A stretch of DNA of 64,000 nucleotides from Candidatus Norongarragalinales archaeon (GTDB taxonomy: Archaea; Micrarchaeota; Micrarchaeia; Norongarragalinales; Norongarragalinaceae): the NCBI GenBank assembly GCA_038884755.1, contig JAWABJ010000001.1:288001-352000 (forward strand), given 5' to 3'. Every line of letters starts with the position of its first letter. The stretch's first letter is position 1. The notes under the pieces were generated by a model. It saw only the letters and a list, made by a program, of their open reading frames with translations. It had not been told where the DNA came from and did not search any database. Made by a program: the position numbers and the translations under genes. Below are positions 16,701-25,800 of this stretch, piece by piece.

Positions 16701-19700
16701 CTGCAGGGGCTCGTTCAAGTTGTTGCTGTACGCATAGTAACGCTTGTGTCCAGCGTTCTTGAAGGAAAACAGTTTGTCTCCCTGCAAGTCTATTCCCCCT
16801 TCTGCGCCGGGAGCGGAAGAGCCGGTGCCGTCGACTATCAAGTTCAAGTCTTTGGTTTGCTCTTCAATCGCCTTCGCTGTGCAAGGCACGACTTTCGCGT
16901 CGAGGATTACTTTGGTTTTAAGCTTCTTTTCGTCCTGCTCTTCCTTCTGCTGCATGTCGAAAACGACGTTTCCTTCGTAAACGTACTGCTTGTCTTCCTT
17001 GATGCAGCTTCCGAATCCGGACGAGCTGGGTTGAATGGCTTCCTCGGGAATGTAGAACAAAAGCATGACCTGCTCTTCGCCTTGCTTGAACGGCGCGATT
17101 ACAGCCTGCTGCCCTTGCTCGGTGGTGCGCGTGAAAGAGCCTTTGCGGAAGGCTTTAACCGCTTCGCCGTCGGCGCGTATTGCCGTAACAGCGTATTCGG
17201 TAGAGCCGGGGTTGGAGACGTAAATGATTTTTTGGAAGTCGTTGCTTTGCGTTCCGGAGAGCCCTTGCAAGAGCGAATTGTTGAGGGTTATCGTCATCGC
17301 GTCCAGTTCTTTCGCCGAGCCCGTTTCTTCGGTGATGCTCATGGGAATGGTTCCCCTAACCAGGAAATCGCCGCTCGCCTCTTCGCAAGTGGGAATGAAC
17401 GAAAGCTTTGATTGCGCCGGCACTCCAACGAGTATCCTGCCGTCGGAGTCTGCCTTGTCTGGAATGACGAGCTTGTCTTTGGGCGTGATGCTGAGCTTGT
17501 CGGTGCGCCCTACGTTGTACTTCACGCCCTCGTCCACCACGAGTATTTCCTTGTGTTTTCCTCCGAATGCTATTTCCCCGCTTTTCACCCTGTCGCGGTA
17601 GTTGGCAGGCAGGCTCAACGCCGATTCTTTGGCAAAAGTTATGGACGCTCGTTTCGACTCTTCGTCGGACTTTTCGGGGTTGCACACTTTGAACTTCACG
17701 CTCGTTTTTTCTGGAACGAAAAGGGAATTGCCGGAATGCCTGAATTCGCCCGCTTCAATCCTCTTTACTTTCGGAGTCGTGACGAGCTCTTTTTCTTCCC
17801 TGTCCTTGGTCTTGACTGTAACTTTAGTGCATTGCGGGAGCAAGGCGATTTTCGGCTTGCTTGTTTCAAAGACTTTCGCGCCAGAAGGAATGTCGACGAT
17901 GACTTCTTCCGCAGTGGTGATTTCGAAATCGCACTTCGAGTAGGTGTTTGGGTCTTCAATCACGCTTGCAGTCGCGCCTTTCAAAAACGCCACGGTGGAA
18001 AAGGGTGGGACTATCACGCTCTTCGCACCCCCTCCTTGCGCGTTCAGCTGAACGTCGAAAGCGAATTGCACTGCAACGTCGTCGGCCGCCTTCACCGTGT
18101 TTTTCCTTTTGGTGTTAGCGTCTTGTACTACTATGGAGTTGCTGGGAAAGCGCAGTTCGACGGGAACGGGGAAAGTAACAAGAATGATGTCTTTGTCCAC
18201 GCGCGCGACTCCCGCGGGCACGAAAAACTGGCTGTCGCGCGGCACGAGGACTTCGACCAGCCCGCCGGTCGCTTGTTTTATCTGCGCTTCGCTGGAGAAC
18301 GCAAAGCGGTTTTGCGGCGGGTAGAACACGCCGCGCACGTTTTGCGGGTAGTATTGCGCGTAGTAATTCCACGCGCCGGGAATGTTGGACGCTTGCTGCT
18401 GGGTTTTCTGCGGGTCTATCACCATGCTTCCCTGCGGAAAGCGCATTAGGAACTCCACGGGCAAAGACAACTCAATAGGGTCGAAGGGCATGGGGTTGAG
18501 CAAGCGAGGGTCTATCCACTGGTCGCCTCCGCCGGGTGCATTCGGGTTTTTGGTTTCCTCTGCGAGGTTGATGAATTCAACAGTGGTTCCCTTGGGAATC
18601 ACCGCGACCGTCCTCCCACCTTCGGTTCCCAAAACAACCGCAGCGGGGAACGAGGCGATGGAGCGGGGCATCAAAACGCTGAAGCCGCCTTGGTTGTTGT
18701 TTTTCACTTCGGCATTTGAAGGCATTTCCATCCTCGCGTCAACGGGGAGGGAAAAGCGGGCGGTGTTGGCTTGTTTGGAAACGCGTTGGGGCGCGAGGTA
18801 GAATTTCGTTCCGGTCGGGATGGTAATCCTGTCTTTTTCTTCGGAAATCGAAGCGCCTGTGTCGAACGCCAGGGTTTCCCCGCCCACGCGCATGGCCACG
18901 CTTCCGTCGGCGTTTTCCTTCGCCTGTACGCTTTTGGCGAGCATCAAGTCGGTGGAGAACGGAAGGGTCAGTTCAACCGCGTTTTCGGGCTTGCAGTTTT
19001 GCGTTTGCGCAAAAGTTGTTTTCAAAGTCAAGTCTTTTTTTGAAACTATTCCTTGGAAGGAAACCGCAATCGAAAGCTTTTGTTCACCGCCGGCGGAAAG
19101 CGCAAAACAGTCGGACGCTTGTTCGGGCAAAAGCGTTTTCTTGAGCGTGAATTCTCCCATTCCATTCGGCTCTATCACTATGCTCGCGGGGTCTGCGAAC
19201 AGCCCGGGTTCTTTCAAGTCAAAGCCCGCGAGCAAAGGCAATGGCGATTCGCTTGACAGCCTGACCTTTTTCTCTGCAGTGGGGTTGGACGGGCTGAGCA
19301 CGAATTCGACGGTGGGCGTTTCAATGCTCCACAGCGAGTCGAGGGTTTTCTGTTGGTAGTCTGTTTCTATTTGCAGGGGAACGCGTTGTTCTTTGGAAAA
19401 CCCGCCTACGGTGAACACGAACACGGCGTGTCCTTTCAGGCTTTCGCGCAAGCGCGTGGGGCGAGCGGCGAAGGGAATGGTTTTGAGCGAGGCGTTGAGC
19501 GTGAAGTCCTTGCTTTCGCGGGGCTTGAGCGCGGGTTCCGCTTCCTGCGTTTTTGCTTTCGCTTGCACCTTTATTTCGAATGCAGTGTGCTGCGGGTCTT
19601 CTATCGTCTCTACAATAGCGCTTGAAACTGTGACTTGGTTTTTCAAAAGGTTTTCGAGCTTGAGGTTTACCGCCGTCGAAGGTTGGGAGAGGACGGCTTG

Positions 19701-22700
19701 AATGGCTTCGGGTTGTATTCGCACCATGCTTTCGGGAGTTTTCACGCGCACCGTTCCCTTCAGCACTTCAAAGCCTTCTTTCGCGATTTGGAATTCCCCG
19801 TCCCCGACGAAATCAGGCGTTACGGCCGCTTCGTACGTCCCTTCCTTGGTTTCGGAGAATTGAATTCCGTTGAACGACACGGTTGCGCCGTCGACTGGAA
19901 ATCCCGCCGAGTCGGTTACGCTGAACACAAGTTTCGCTTGTTCGAGCGCGACCAGTTCTTTGGGCGAGTGGGTTTCGCGCAGGGAAAGCTTTTCTTTGGA
20001 AACCACGCGAAGGCGGATTGTTTTTTCTATTGCTCCTGCTTTGAGCTTGATTGAAGCGTCGGAAGCGAGCTTGCGCGGCTGGAATTTCGCGACTGCTTCT
20101 GCAATCCCGCCTTGCTGTTCTAGCGTTATTGAAGCGGAATTGCCTTGCACCGTGCCTTCCCCTTCTTCACCTTTCACTGGGCTCAAGCTTTTTACTTGAA
20201 CTGCGTTGTCACCCGAGAGCGTAAGAGGCTGGGTGGTTTCGGAATATATTTTTACGTGCAGGTTGAACTCGTCGGGATACTTCGCTTCGAGAGTCTGTTT
20301 GCCGTTGTCGAACCAGTATTGCACGCAAGACGTTTTGTCGCAATAGCCTTGCGTCGAGATTTCGAAAACCCCGCTTTGCTGGGTTTCGGCGAGCAGTTCG
20401 TTCTTTCCTTGTCCGGCTTGCGGGTCTTCCGGCTTCCTCAGCAGCCCGCCGGGAAGGTTGAACGCGCTCCTGTGTTCCAACGCAAAGCTTCCGGTGGAAG
20501 CAGTGGTTTTTATTTGAATGGTGATTTCCTTGGTTCCCTTGAATGTTGGAATTGAATAATCAACCCACTTTACCCCCTTGGTTTGCGTTTGCTGCTGTGC
20601 GGAGGAAGTTTTTTTCGCCACTACCGTCACGCTCGCGCGGGTGGAAGGCTTGAGGCCGTCCGAGTAGTAGAACACTCCTTCCTGATTGAACGTTCGCGAG
20701 AACGTCGAGCCGCGGCGCAATTGGGGCGAGGCGAAGCTGCCGTCGTCCGCGTTGATGGAATGCGCGTTGTCGTCTTGCGAAACCCAATTCACCGTATCCC
20801 CTGCTTGCACGATTGCATTTGCCGGAACGAACGCGTTTTCGGTTATGATTATCTTGTTTTGCGCTTGCTGTTGCAAAGGAGGCAGGAAGGAAGAAGCTTG
20901 CGAGTAATCTATCCCCCTTTGCACTACTCCCACAGTTTTGTAAGAGCTTATGACCGCCGGAAGGTTTTCCAGCGGCTCGTCTTGCGAGCCGATGCGCACG
21001 TGGGCGTTGGCGTAGTTGAATTCCAGCCCGCCAGAAGCGAGGGAGTATTTGGCGTTGTAAGTGGTGAAGGGAGAGAGGAGGTTTTTCACTCTGTTGCCTT
21101 GCAAGTCGAACAACCCTTGAAAGTAAAGCCCGGCTTGCACCGCGCTGGTGGAAATGATGTGGAAGTTTTGCTTTGCTTCAGTCGAAGGCGGGACTTTGAA
21201 TTCGCTAGACTGGAATTCCTCGAAGCCTTCGGCAGTTATTCTCGCGAAAGTTTTTCCTTCCATTATTTTTGCGGCGCATTCGCCTTTGGAGTTGGTCGAA
21301 CATTTTGCTACTGCCCCGCTTTCGGAAACCAGGTTTATTACCGCGTTGGGAACAGGTTGCAAAGTGAATTGGTCTGAAACAGTAGCTAAAACCGTTCCTT
21401 GGGTTTTTGGAAGGGTGATTTGGATTTCAGCGCCCTGGCGCGGGGTGAACGCCTTGCTTTTGCCCACTCTCCCGTCTTTGCTCGCGACTGCAACGGTTTT
21501 TTTGTAAGGAACGTTTTCCCATCCTTGGATTCCGTCTACGCCCGTTTGTCTTGCGGGAAATCCGATTGGCCTTCCACGGTCGTCTTGGAGGATTACCGAA
21601 GCTTCGGAAACCCCTTGGCCCGCGGCATCTACTACCTTCACGGTTATCGTTGCTGAATTGCTTTCGTCCGCTTTTTCAAGCGCAAGCTGTTCGCCTGAAG
21701 AAACGCGTTCTTTGAACGCCGGGAGGAACCCGGTTTTGAACGCCATTGCGGAAAACGATTTTGTTTTTTCCACTCCGTCGAAATCCGCGCTTCCGTCCGC
21801 GCGAGTGGTTTTCTCGCCTACGACGGTTTTTTCGGAAAGCAGTTGCACTGCCGCGTCTGCGACTGCATCGTCGTTGCCGTCGACTACGCGCAAGAAAAAT
21901 CCTTCGGGTTCGGCGCTTTCGGCTAGCCTGAATTTTTCTTCGGTTTCGGCTGCAATCGAGATTGTTTTGGCTTCGCGGGCGAAGCCTTTGGCTTCAACGA
22001 CTATTTTAACTTGCCTTCCGAGCGCAAGCTGTTGGGGTTCGGTTGTTCCAGCCTCGCCGGTGTTGAGTGAAAGCAGTTTTTCGTTGGTCGCCGCGTCGAA
22101 GACCGTCACGCTGGCGTTTTGAATGGGGTTGCCGTCCACGCCGATAGTGTCAAAAACCCCCACGTAAAGAACTCCATTTTTTTCCTCGCCAGTTGGAAGG
22201 AGGGTTATTCGCTTTGCCGGGGAATCGCTTTGCCCCACGCTTACTTCGACAGTTTCGTCTTCAAAACCGTCGGCGCTCGCTTTGAGCGTGTATTGCGAGT
22301 TCGGTTCTACTGAAAAGAACGCAGTTTTCCCGAACCTTTCCCCGACTATATTGCCAGAATCGTCGTACAATTGTATTTTGGCGGCTTCGGGTCCGTCGAC
22401 GCTTGCGCTCAGCGAGACTTTGCGCGTTTGCACCGCTTGAGAGTAGACGCTTTTTTGCGAGAGTTCGTTGTTAGCCACGCTTATGCTGAAGCTTCCCGCG
22501 TCAGGAAAAACCGCGTCAGTCGAATAAACGGCCCCTCGGTATTCTCCCGGCGGAATTTTTTCGAAAAACGCTTCGCCGCTCGAGCCGGTTTTTTGCGTTT
22601 CGCTCACGCCGTTCCCTTGCAGCGTCACCGACGCGCCTGAAATGGGGTCGCCTGCGGCAGAAAAGACTTTTACTGAAACGCTTCCCGCCTGCTGGCCTGG

Positions 22701-22838
22701 AGAAAAGAGATACAAATAGCCTATTGCAAGCAGCACGAGCAGCGCGAGGGGAATTGCCCATGGCGGGATTCCCTTTTCTTCCAGCGAGTAGGAAAAGTTT
22801 TCCCACCACTCGCGCACTCCTTCAAGCATGTGAATCAA
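13716..22838 (-). CDS. Giant (3040 aa) N-anchored cell-surface protein with carboxypeptidase-regulatory/transthyretin-like Ig repeats, an inserted cupredoxin-like domain and an unknown C-terminal region
   Basis: Uninterrupted 9.1-kb ORF; N-terminal TM; repeated V-x-V-x-D-x-x-G-x-P-(I/V)-x-x-A-x-V...T-x-x-x-G-x-A...A-x-G-F units; Cys-rich C-terminal third; no C-terminal anchor. Confidence 0.9.
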   Translation of the reverse strand: MIHMLEGVREWWENFSYSLEEKGIPPWAIPLALLVLLAIGYLYLFSPGQQAGSVSVKVFSAAGDPISGASVTLQGNGVSETQKTGSSGEAFFEKIPPGEYRGAVYSTDAVFPDAGSFSISVANNELSQKSVYSQAVQTRKVSLSASVDGPEAAKIQLYDDSGNIVGERFGKTAFFSVEPNSQYTLKASADGFEDETVEVSVGQSDSPAKRITLLPTGEEKNGVLYVGVFDTIGVDGNPIQNASVTVFDAATNEKLLSLNTGEAGTTEPQQLALGRQVKIVVEAKGFAREAKTISIAAETEEKFRLAESAEPEGFFLRVVDGNDDAVADAAVQLLSEKTVVGEKTTRADGSADFDGVEKTKSFSAMAFKTGFLPAFKERVSSGEQLALEKADESNSATITVKVVDAAGQGVSEASVILQDDRGRPIGFPARQTGVDGIQGWENVPYKKTVAVASKDGRVGKSKAFTPRQGAEIQITLPKTQGTVLATVSDQFTLQPVPNAVINLVSESGAVAKCSTNSKGECAAKIMEGKTFARITAEGFEEFQSSEFKVPPSTEAKQNFHIISTSAVQAGLYFQGLFDLQGNRVKNLLSPFTTYNAKYSLASGGLEFNYANAHVRIGSQDEPLENLPAVISSYKTVGVVQRGIDYSQASSFLPPLQQQAQNKIIITENAFVPANAIVQAGDTVNWVSQDDNAHSINADDGSFASPQLRRGSTFSRTFNQEGVFYYSDGLKPSTRASVTVVAKKTSSAQQQTQTKGVKWVDYSIPTFKGTKEITIQIKTTASTGSFALEHRSAFNLPGGLLRKPEDPQAGQGKNELLAETQQSGVFEISTQGYCDKTSCVQYWFDNGKQTLEAKYPDEFNLHVKIYSETTQPLTLSGDNAVQVKSLSPVKGEEGEGTVQGNSASITLEQQGGIAEAVAKFQPRKLASDASIKLKAGAIEKTIRLRVVSKEKLSLRETHSPKELVALEQAKLVFSVTDSAGFPVDGATVSFNGIQFSETKEGTYEAAVTPDFVGDGEFQIAKEGFEVLKGTVRVKTPESMVRIQPEAIQAVLSQPSTAVNLKLENLLKNQVTVSSAIVETIEDPQHTAFEIKVQAKAKTQEAEPALKPRESKDFTLNASLKTIPFAARPTRLRESLKGHAVFVFTVGGFSKEQRVPLQIETDYQQKTLDSLWSIETPTVEFVLSPSNPTAEKKVRLSSESPLPLLAGFDLKEPGLFADPASIVIEPNGMGEFTLKKTLLPEQASDCFALSAGGEQKLSIAVSFQGIVSKKDLTLKTTFAQTQNCKPENAVELTLPFSTDLMLAKSVQAKENADGSVAMRVGGETLAFDTGASISEEKDRITIPTGTKFYLAPQRVSKQANTARFSLPVDARMEMPSNAEVKNNNQGGFSVLMPRSIASFPAAVVLGTEGGRTVAVIPKGTTVEFINLAEETKNPNAPGGGDQWIDPRLLNPMPFDPIELSLPVEFLMRFPQGSMVIDPQKTQQQASNIPGAWNYYAQYYPQNVRGVFYPPQNRFAFSSEAQIKQATGGLVEVLVPRDSQFFVPAGVARVDKDIILVTFPVPVELRFPSNSIVVQDANTKRKNTVKAADDVAVQFAFDVQLNAQGGGAKSVIVPPFSTVAFLKGATASVIEDPNTYSKCDFEITTAEEVIVDIPSGAKVFETSKPKIALLPQCTKVTVKTKDREEKELVTTPKVKRIEAGEFRHSGNSLFVPEKTSVKFKVCNPEKSDEESKRASITFAKESALSLPANYRDRVKSGEIAFGGKHKEILVVDEGVKYNVGRTDKLSITPKDKLVIPDKADSDGRILVGVPAQSKLSFIPTCEEASGDFLVRGTIPMSITEETGSAKELDAMTITLNNSLLQGLSGTQSNDFQKIIYVSNPGSTEYAVTAIRADGEAVKAFRKGSFTRTTEQGQQAVIAPFKQGEEQVMLLFYIPEEAIQPSSSGFGSCIKEDKQYVYEGNVVFDMQQKEEQDEKKLKTKVILDAKVVPCTAKAIEEQTKDLNLIVDGTGSSAPGAEGGIDLQGDKLFSFKNAGHKRYYAYSNNLNEPLQLSFPNDGQQISCFYYDNARGASVAGGKILAKGESIFLECEAKHASASDYKIIAKGARTGEERVKTLKVQVFTPPAGSESLYPSTPIGTLWVGATGEKPTPTPSPVAGAQLKKKQVQCDPGFNYAYCQNNFCTYDSAINAICNFMSVASMKFDAETNDTSSVKTVCTNLPWKMSFVLHLSNTRAAADLDDAMKQMAEQIGRQSKFKEFKVSEQAKIDFTGCGAYLVEAHLNPAASGGFCEFDPKKIEGGKKPLQIEFRSQKLMSCEETLANAPLLMPADDLFVYTGNEIIESPVNMRFNGLPDFIEIGKYSEKADANDYKMAGQIVSSMYSLSPQVFDNLNTNGFVDSSKPFFDDGALCEANVQGMKNALAIGWHGGTAAACASAFIPGPQQGFIARLCANLILYNVETLSSCGIVKGVSASNACTGTDFCTHLRFVMYPQAFIDAGFGGPASAAFRQIALRALGSATFTYVSSAITGSVEDPTAVYGGSNIAAVTGGSFGRQTGAFTAVALSPVTGAVIEGYASDYFAAQRLDELVAKSTLTGSESEEMRYLYNEFFRSGRQSHQFNFGEITPDVKNRILSDVERKATARITQEGTALVPYRAIVRRPNMLPVPYQRYLPVPFLPQEIPAAGASSAAGQAATSARASYYSYYRAATNPGGVFSTTKNAYERINNNFFNINYGNQNFGTVHGGQNIGGPTGGGAGAGGAAPATGGTPQQVETGGAPTQPVSTPQVQKPRGIARIGRLLAQYAPTALLSLITNVQSEPVEAPLAERVTNYLVSMHFAENGNPSTVAYCYYDPATKKCDKEKRLCFTQQACEGKEACLYVKKLDIPYSGVVQKGEKIPAYAMFFIDASGGSYDYIELFDSLFAPDVEPTFQGNVEAELTEKEIGAPCDYSQEGDSEETAAGDAREQAQGSVETLAAIANGDASFDAVKNARQTLDEMQSQGLVIVEKTPSGEEILSVQVVEGKEEEAASKAKIALENTANQMRERNA

Positions 22839-22854
22839 TCACTGTTCCATACTT

Positions 22855-22888
22855 AAACCCCACGCCTTTAGGCGTTGGGATAGCCGAC
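22855..22888 (+). mobile_element. IS200/IS605-type terminal palindrome remnant
   Basis: AAACCCCACGCC-TTTA-GGCGTTGGGATAGCCGAC resembles IS605 end hairpins followed by a TAGNNGAC-like tail; no tnpA/tnpB nearby. Confidence 0.5.
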
Positions 22889-22891
22889 TTC

Positions 22892-25800
22892 TTATCTTCC
22901 GACGGCGCACGCTTCGGCGTTTGAGACCGAGCTTTCGCTTGCTTGCAACTGGCACGTGAGCGGAGGTGCTTTTTCGTCGAGCAGGTATTTCAACGCCGCC
23001 AGCACGGACTTGAGCGAGTTTTGCGCGTCGAGCTTGACTGGGTTGTCCGCGTCTACTTTAAACATCACTGTCAATTCGAATTCAGGAGTGGCTGAAGGCT
23101 TTTCGTCAAGCTTCTTTTCCACGAGGTTGGGTGAAAGCTTGGGTTGCACGTATTGAAACCCTTCGTAGGCTTTAGGCGTGGGTGTAGGGCGGGGTGAAGG
23201 CAGGGGGCTTGGAGACGGGGAGGGCAACGGCGTTGCAGAAGGGCTGGGGGCCGGAGGCGCGATTGGTTTTATCGAAATCGAGCTTTCGTTTCCCGCCTTC
23301 AAGACTACTTTCACGGTTTTTTCAGTCGCTAGCGCGTTGCTTTTGATCGCTTCTTTCACTTGCGCCGAAAGCGCTTCCTTGCTCAACTCTTGCTTGAAGA
23401 ATTCCGCGAGTTGCGCTTGTTGCGCGTTGGAGAAAACGGAAAGGAAGTCTTTAGTGTCTATTTCGTCGGCAAAGCCGTACTTGTTCATGGTTAGGAGGTT
23501 GGGGCTACCGCCGTCTCCCTTCAATTCCGCCGGGTTTCCGGCCTTCAAGTAAGGCATTCCGCTTGCTGCAAATCCGGAAGACGACTTGTCGGTGCGCTTG
23601 TAGTCTTGCGTTCCAAAACCGTAAGTGCCTTTCAGCTCCACTATGACCGCGTCGTCGTTCAAAGGAGTTTGGAACTGCGCGTCAGAGTAAGAATAATCGA
23701 ACGGGTTTCCTGCGTCGAACCCTGGGCCGAATTGGAACGGGTTGTTGTATAAAGCGCCCGGCACGCACCTTCCCATTCCAACGCTAGGGTCGAACTGGCA
23801 TTGGTTGGGGAACGGGCATGTGGACTGGTCTCCTGGAACACATTGGCTTCCGAATCCTTGCATTCCGAAAAAGTCGTCGGGATAGCCTCCAGACTGGTGC
23901 AACCCAATGCTTTCGCTGGGTTGGAACGAGTATACCACGAACCCGCCTTTTTCTCCGGCAATTTTAACGGGAACGTTGATGAGCGTGTCGAGATTGCGGA
24001 AAATGCGGTGGTTGACTTGTATGGGCGCCCTGCCTGGAAGAATGTATTGCGTCACGAGCCTGCGCGCGAGGGTGTTGAGATAACCGCCGGGAAGCCCGAC
24101 CGAACCGCTTGTCGCGTAGCTCGCAAGGTTCAAAACTTCAGAATCGCAAGTCGCGGCGAGAAAGCCGCTTGCGAAAGCGTCTCCCATGTTCAAAGGCAGT
24201 TCTTGAGGCGAGAGCCTGTTTGAAGCGCAGCGTTGCCTCAAGTCCCCGATGGGGTCTTCGCCCGCTTTCTTGCAAGCTTCGTACGCTATAAGCCCGGCAA
24301 GATAATCTTGCAAGGCTGAAGTCATGGCGGTTTCAAGCATCACGCGGTCGTAGTCGAACGCTTGCGTGAACGAAACGGAGTCCATGGTTCCAGTTATTTT
24401 CCTCAAGTCTTCCGAAATCTCTTCCTTCAACGCTTGCTCGAAATCCTTGTTGTTTTCAATAAAACAGAATTCCTGTCCAGTGCAAGCGCTTACTGCATCC
24501 ACGCCGGTTCGCGCGTTGCCCACTGCGTCGAAAGAAGCTTTTTCAATGTTGTTCTGGATTGTTTTGATGTTTGGCTGCGTTTTAGTGCCTATTTTGAACT
24601 CGTAGCCTTCGGCAGGAAAGCCCACTGCAACGCTTGCAATGTCTTTGGCGGGAATCTTCGCGTCGCCCACTTCCACGCTTTCAAACTGCAGGTTGTTGGC
24701 GATTACTGCTGGTTCGACCGCGTTGTTCACGCGCGTCGCTATGCCGTTCAAGCTTTGAAAGTTGGGTGCCGAAGCAATCGCGTACTTCGAACTCTCTCCC
24801 TCGATTTTTAGAACTATATCAAGTTTTACGGCTTGCCCGAGGTTGGACGCGTCGCGGATTGTCAGCGTGAGTTCGTTACGCCCTTGCGCGGGCGTGAGCG
24901 TAACGCCTTTCTCTTGGTCGTAAGAGTACTCCGCGCACCCTGGCTGGTCGGGCTCGAACAAAACTACGAGCGTGGCGTACTGCCCTCCGGGCAGTCTGAA
25001 CGCGCCGCTGATGGTTTTCCGCGCGAAATCGCCTATTTTTGCCAGCCCGATGTTTTCGACTTTCCTTATGCTGAAGCACTGGGGCTTTTTAGTTTCGGTA
25101 GCGATTTGAGTGTTGAATCCCAACGCGTTTTTAAGGGATAGTGCGATGCCGTTGCTCGGAACGAGCGGGGAAACTTTCTTGGTGCAAACGAGCTTTCCGT
25201 TTTGTATTTCACAGTCTGGGCTCGCGCGTTCGATTTGGAAGAACGGAGGGCGCGGAATGCGCACAATTCGGTTTGTGGCGCTTGCTGCGAGCGCGCGGTC
25301 GTTGCGGTTGGGGTTGAAAATGCGTTGTGCGCTCATGAATCCCAAGCGCGACGCGAGCAGCGAGCCCAAATCAAAGCGTTGCGCAGCGCAAAAATCTGCG
25401 GTCTTGTTTTCCTGGGTTTTCCTCTGCTCGCATCTTTTGAATTGGTTGTTTTCGTAAACCGCCTTGCAAGCGCCTTGGTTTTGCAGGTTTATGCACTGCC
25501 CTTCGTTGCAAGCGGTGCAGTTTTCTTTCGAGCATGCTCCTGGAGAAGGCGTGGGGGAAGGTTCTCCCAAGCTCGCGCAGTCAACCACGAAATTGGTTTC
25601 CGCGAATCCAGCAGACCCGCTTCCTTCAAGAACGCTGTTGAACGCCAGGCTGCAGTCGGTGTTCTTGATTGGCCTCACCCTCACTTGCGTTTTCTCATTC
25701 TGTCCCGCCTTGCCTTTCTTCATGGTGAACGGCGAGCGGGGCGGCTGCAAGACTTCGACGCACTGGCTTTCGTTGCTCCCGCCGGAAACTTGGTAGTGGA

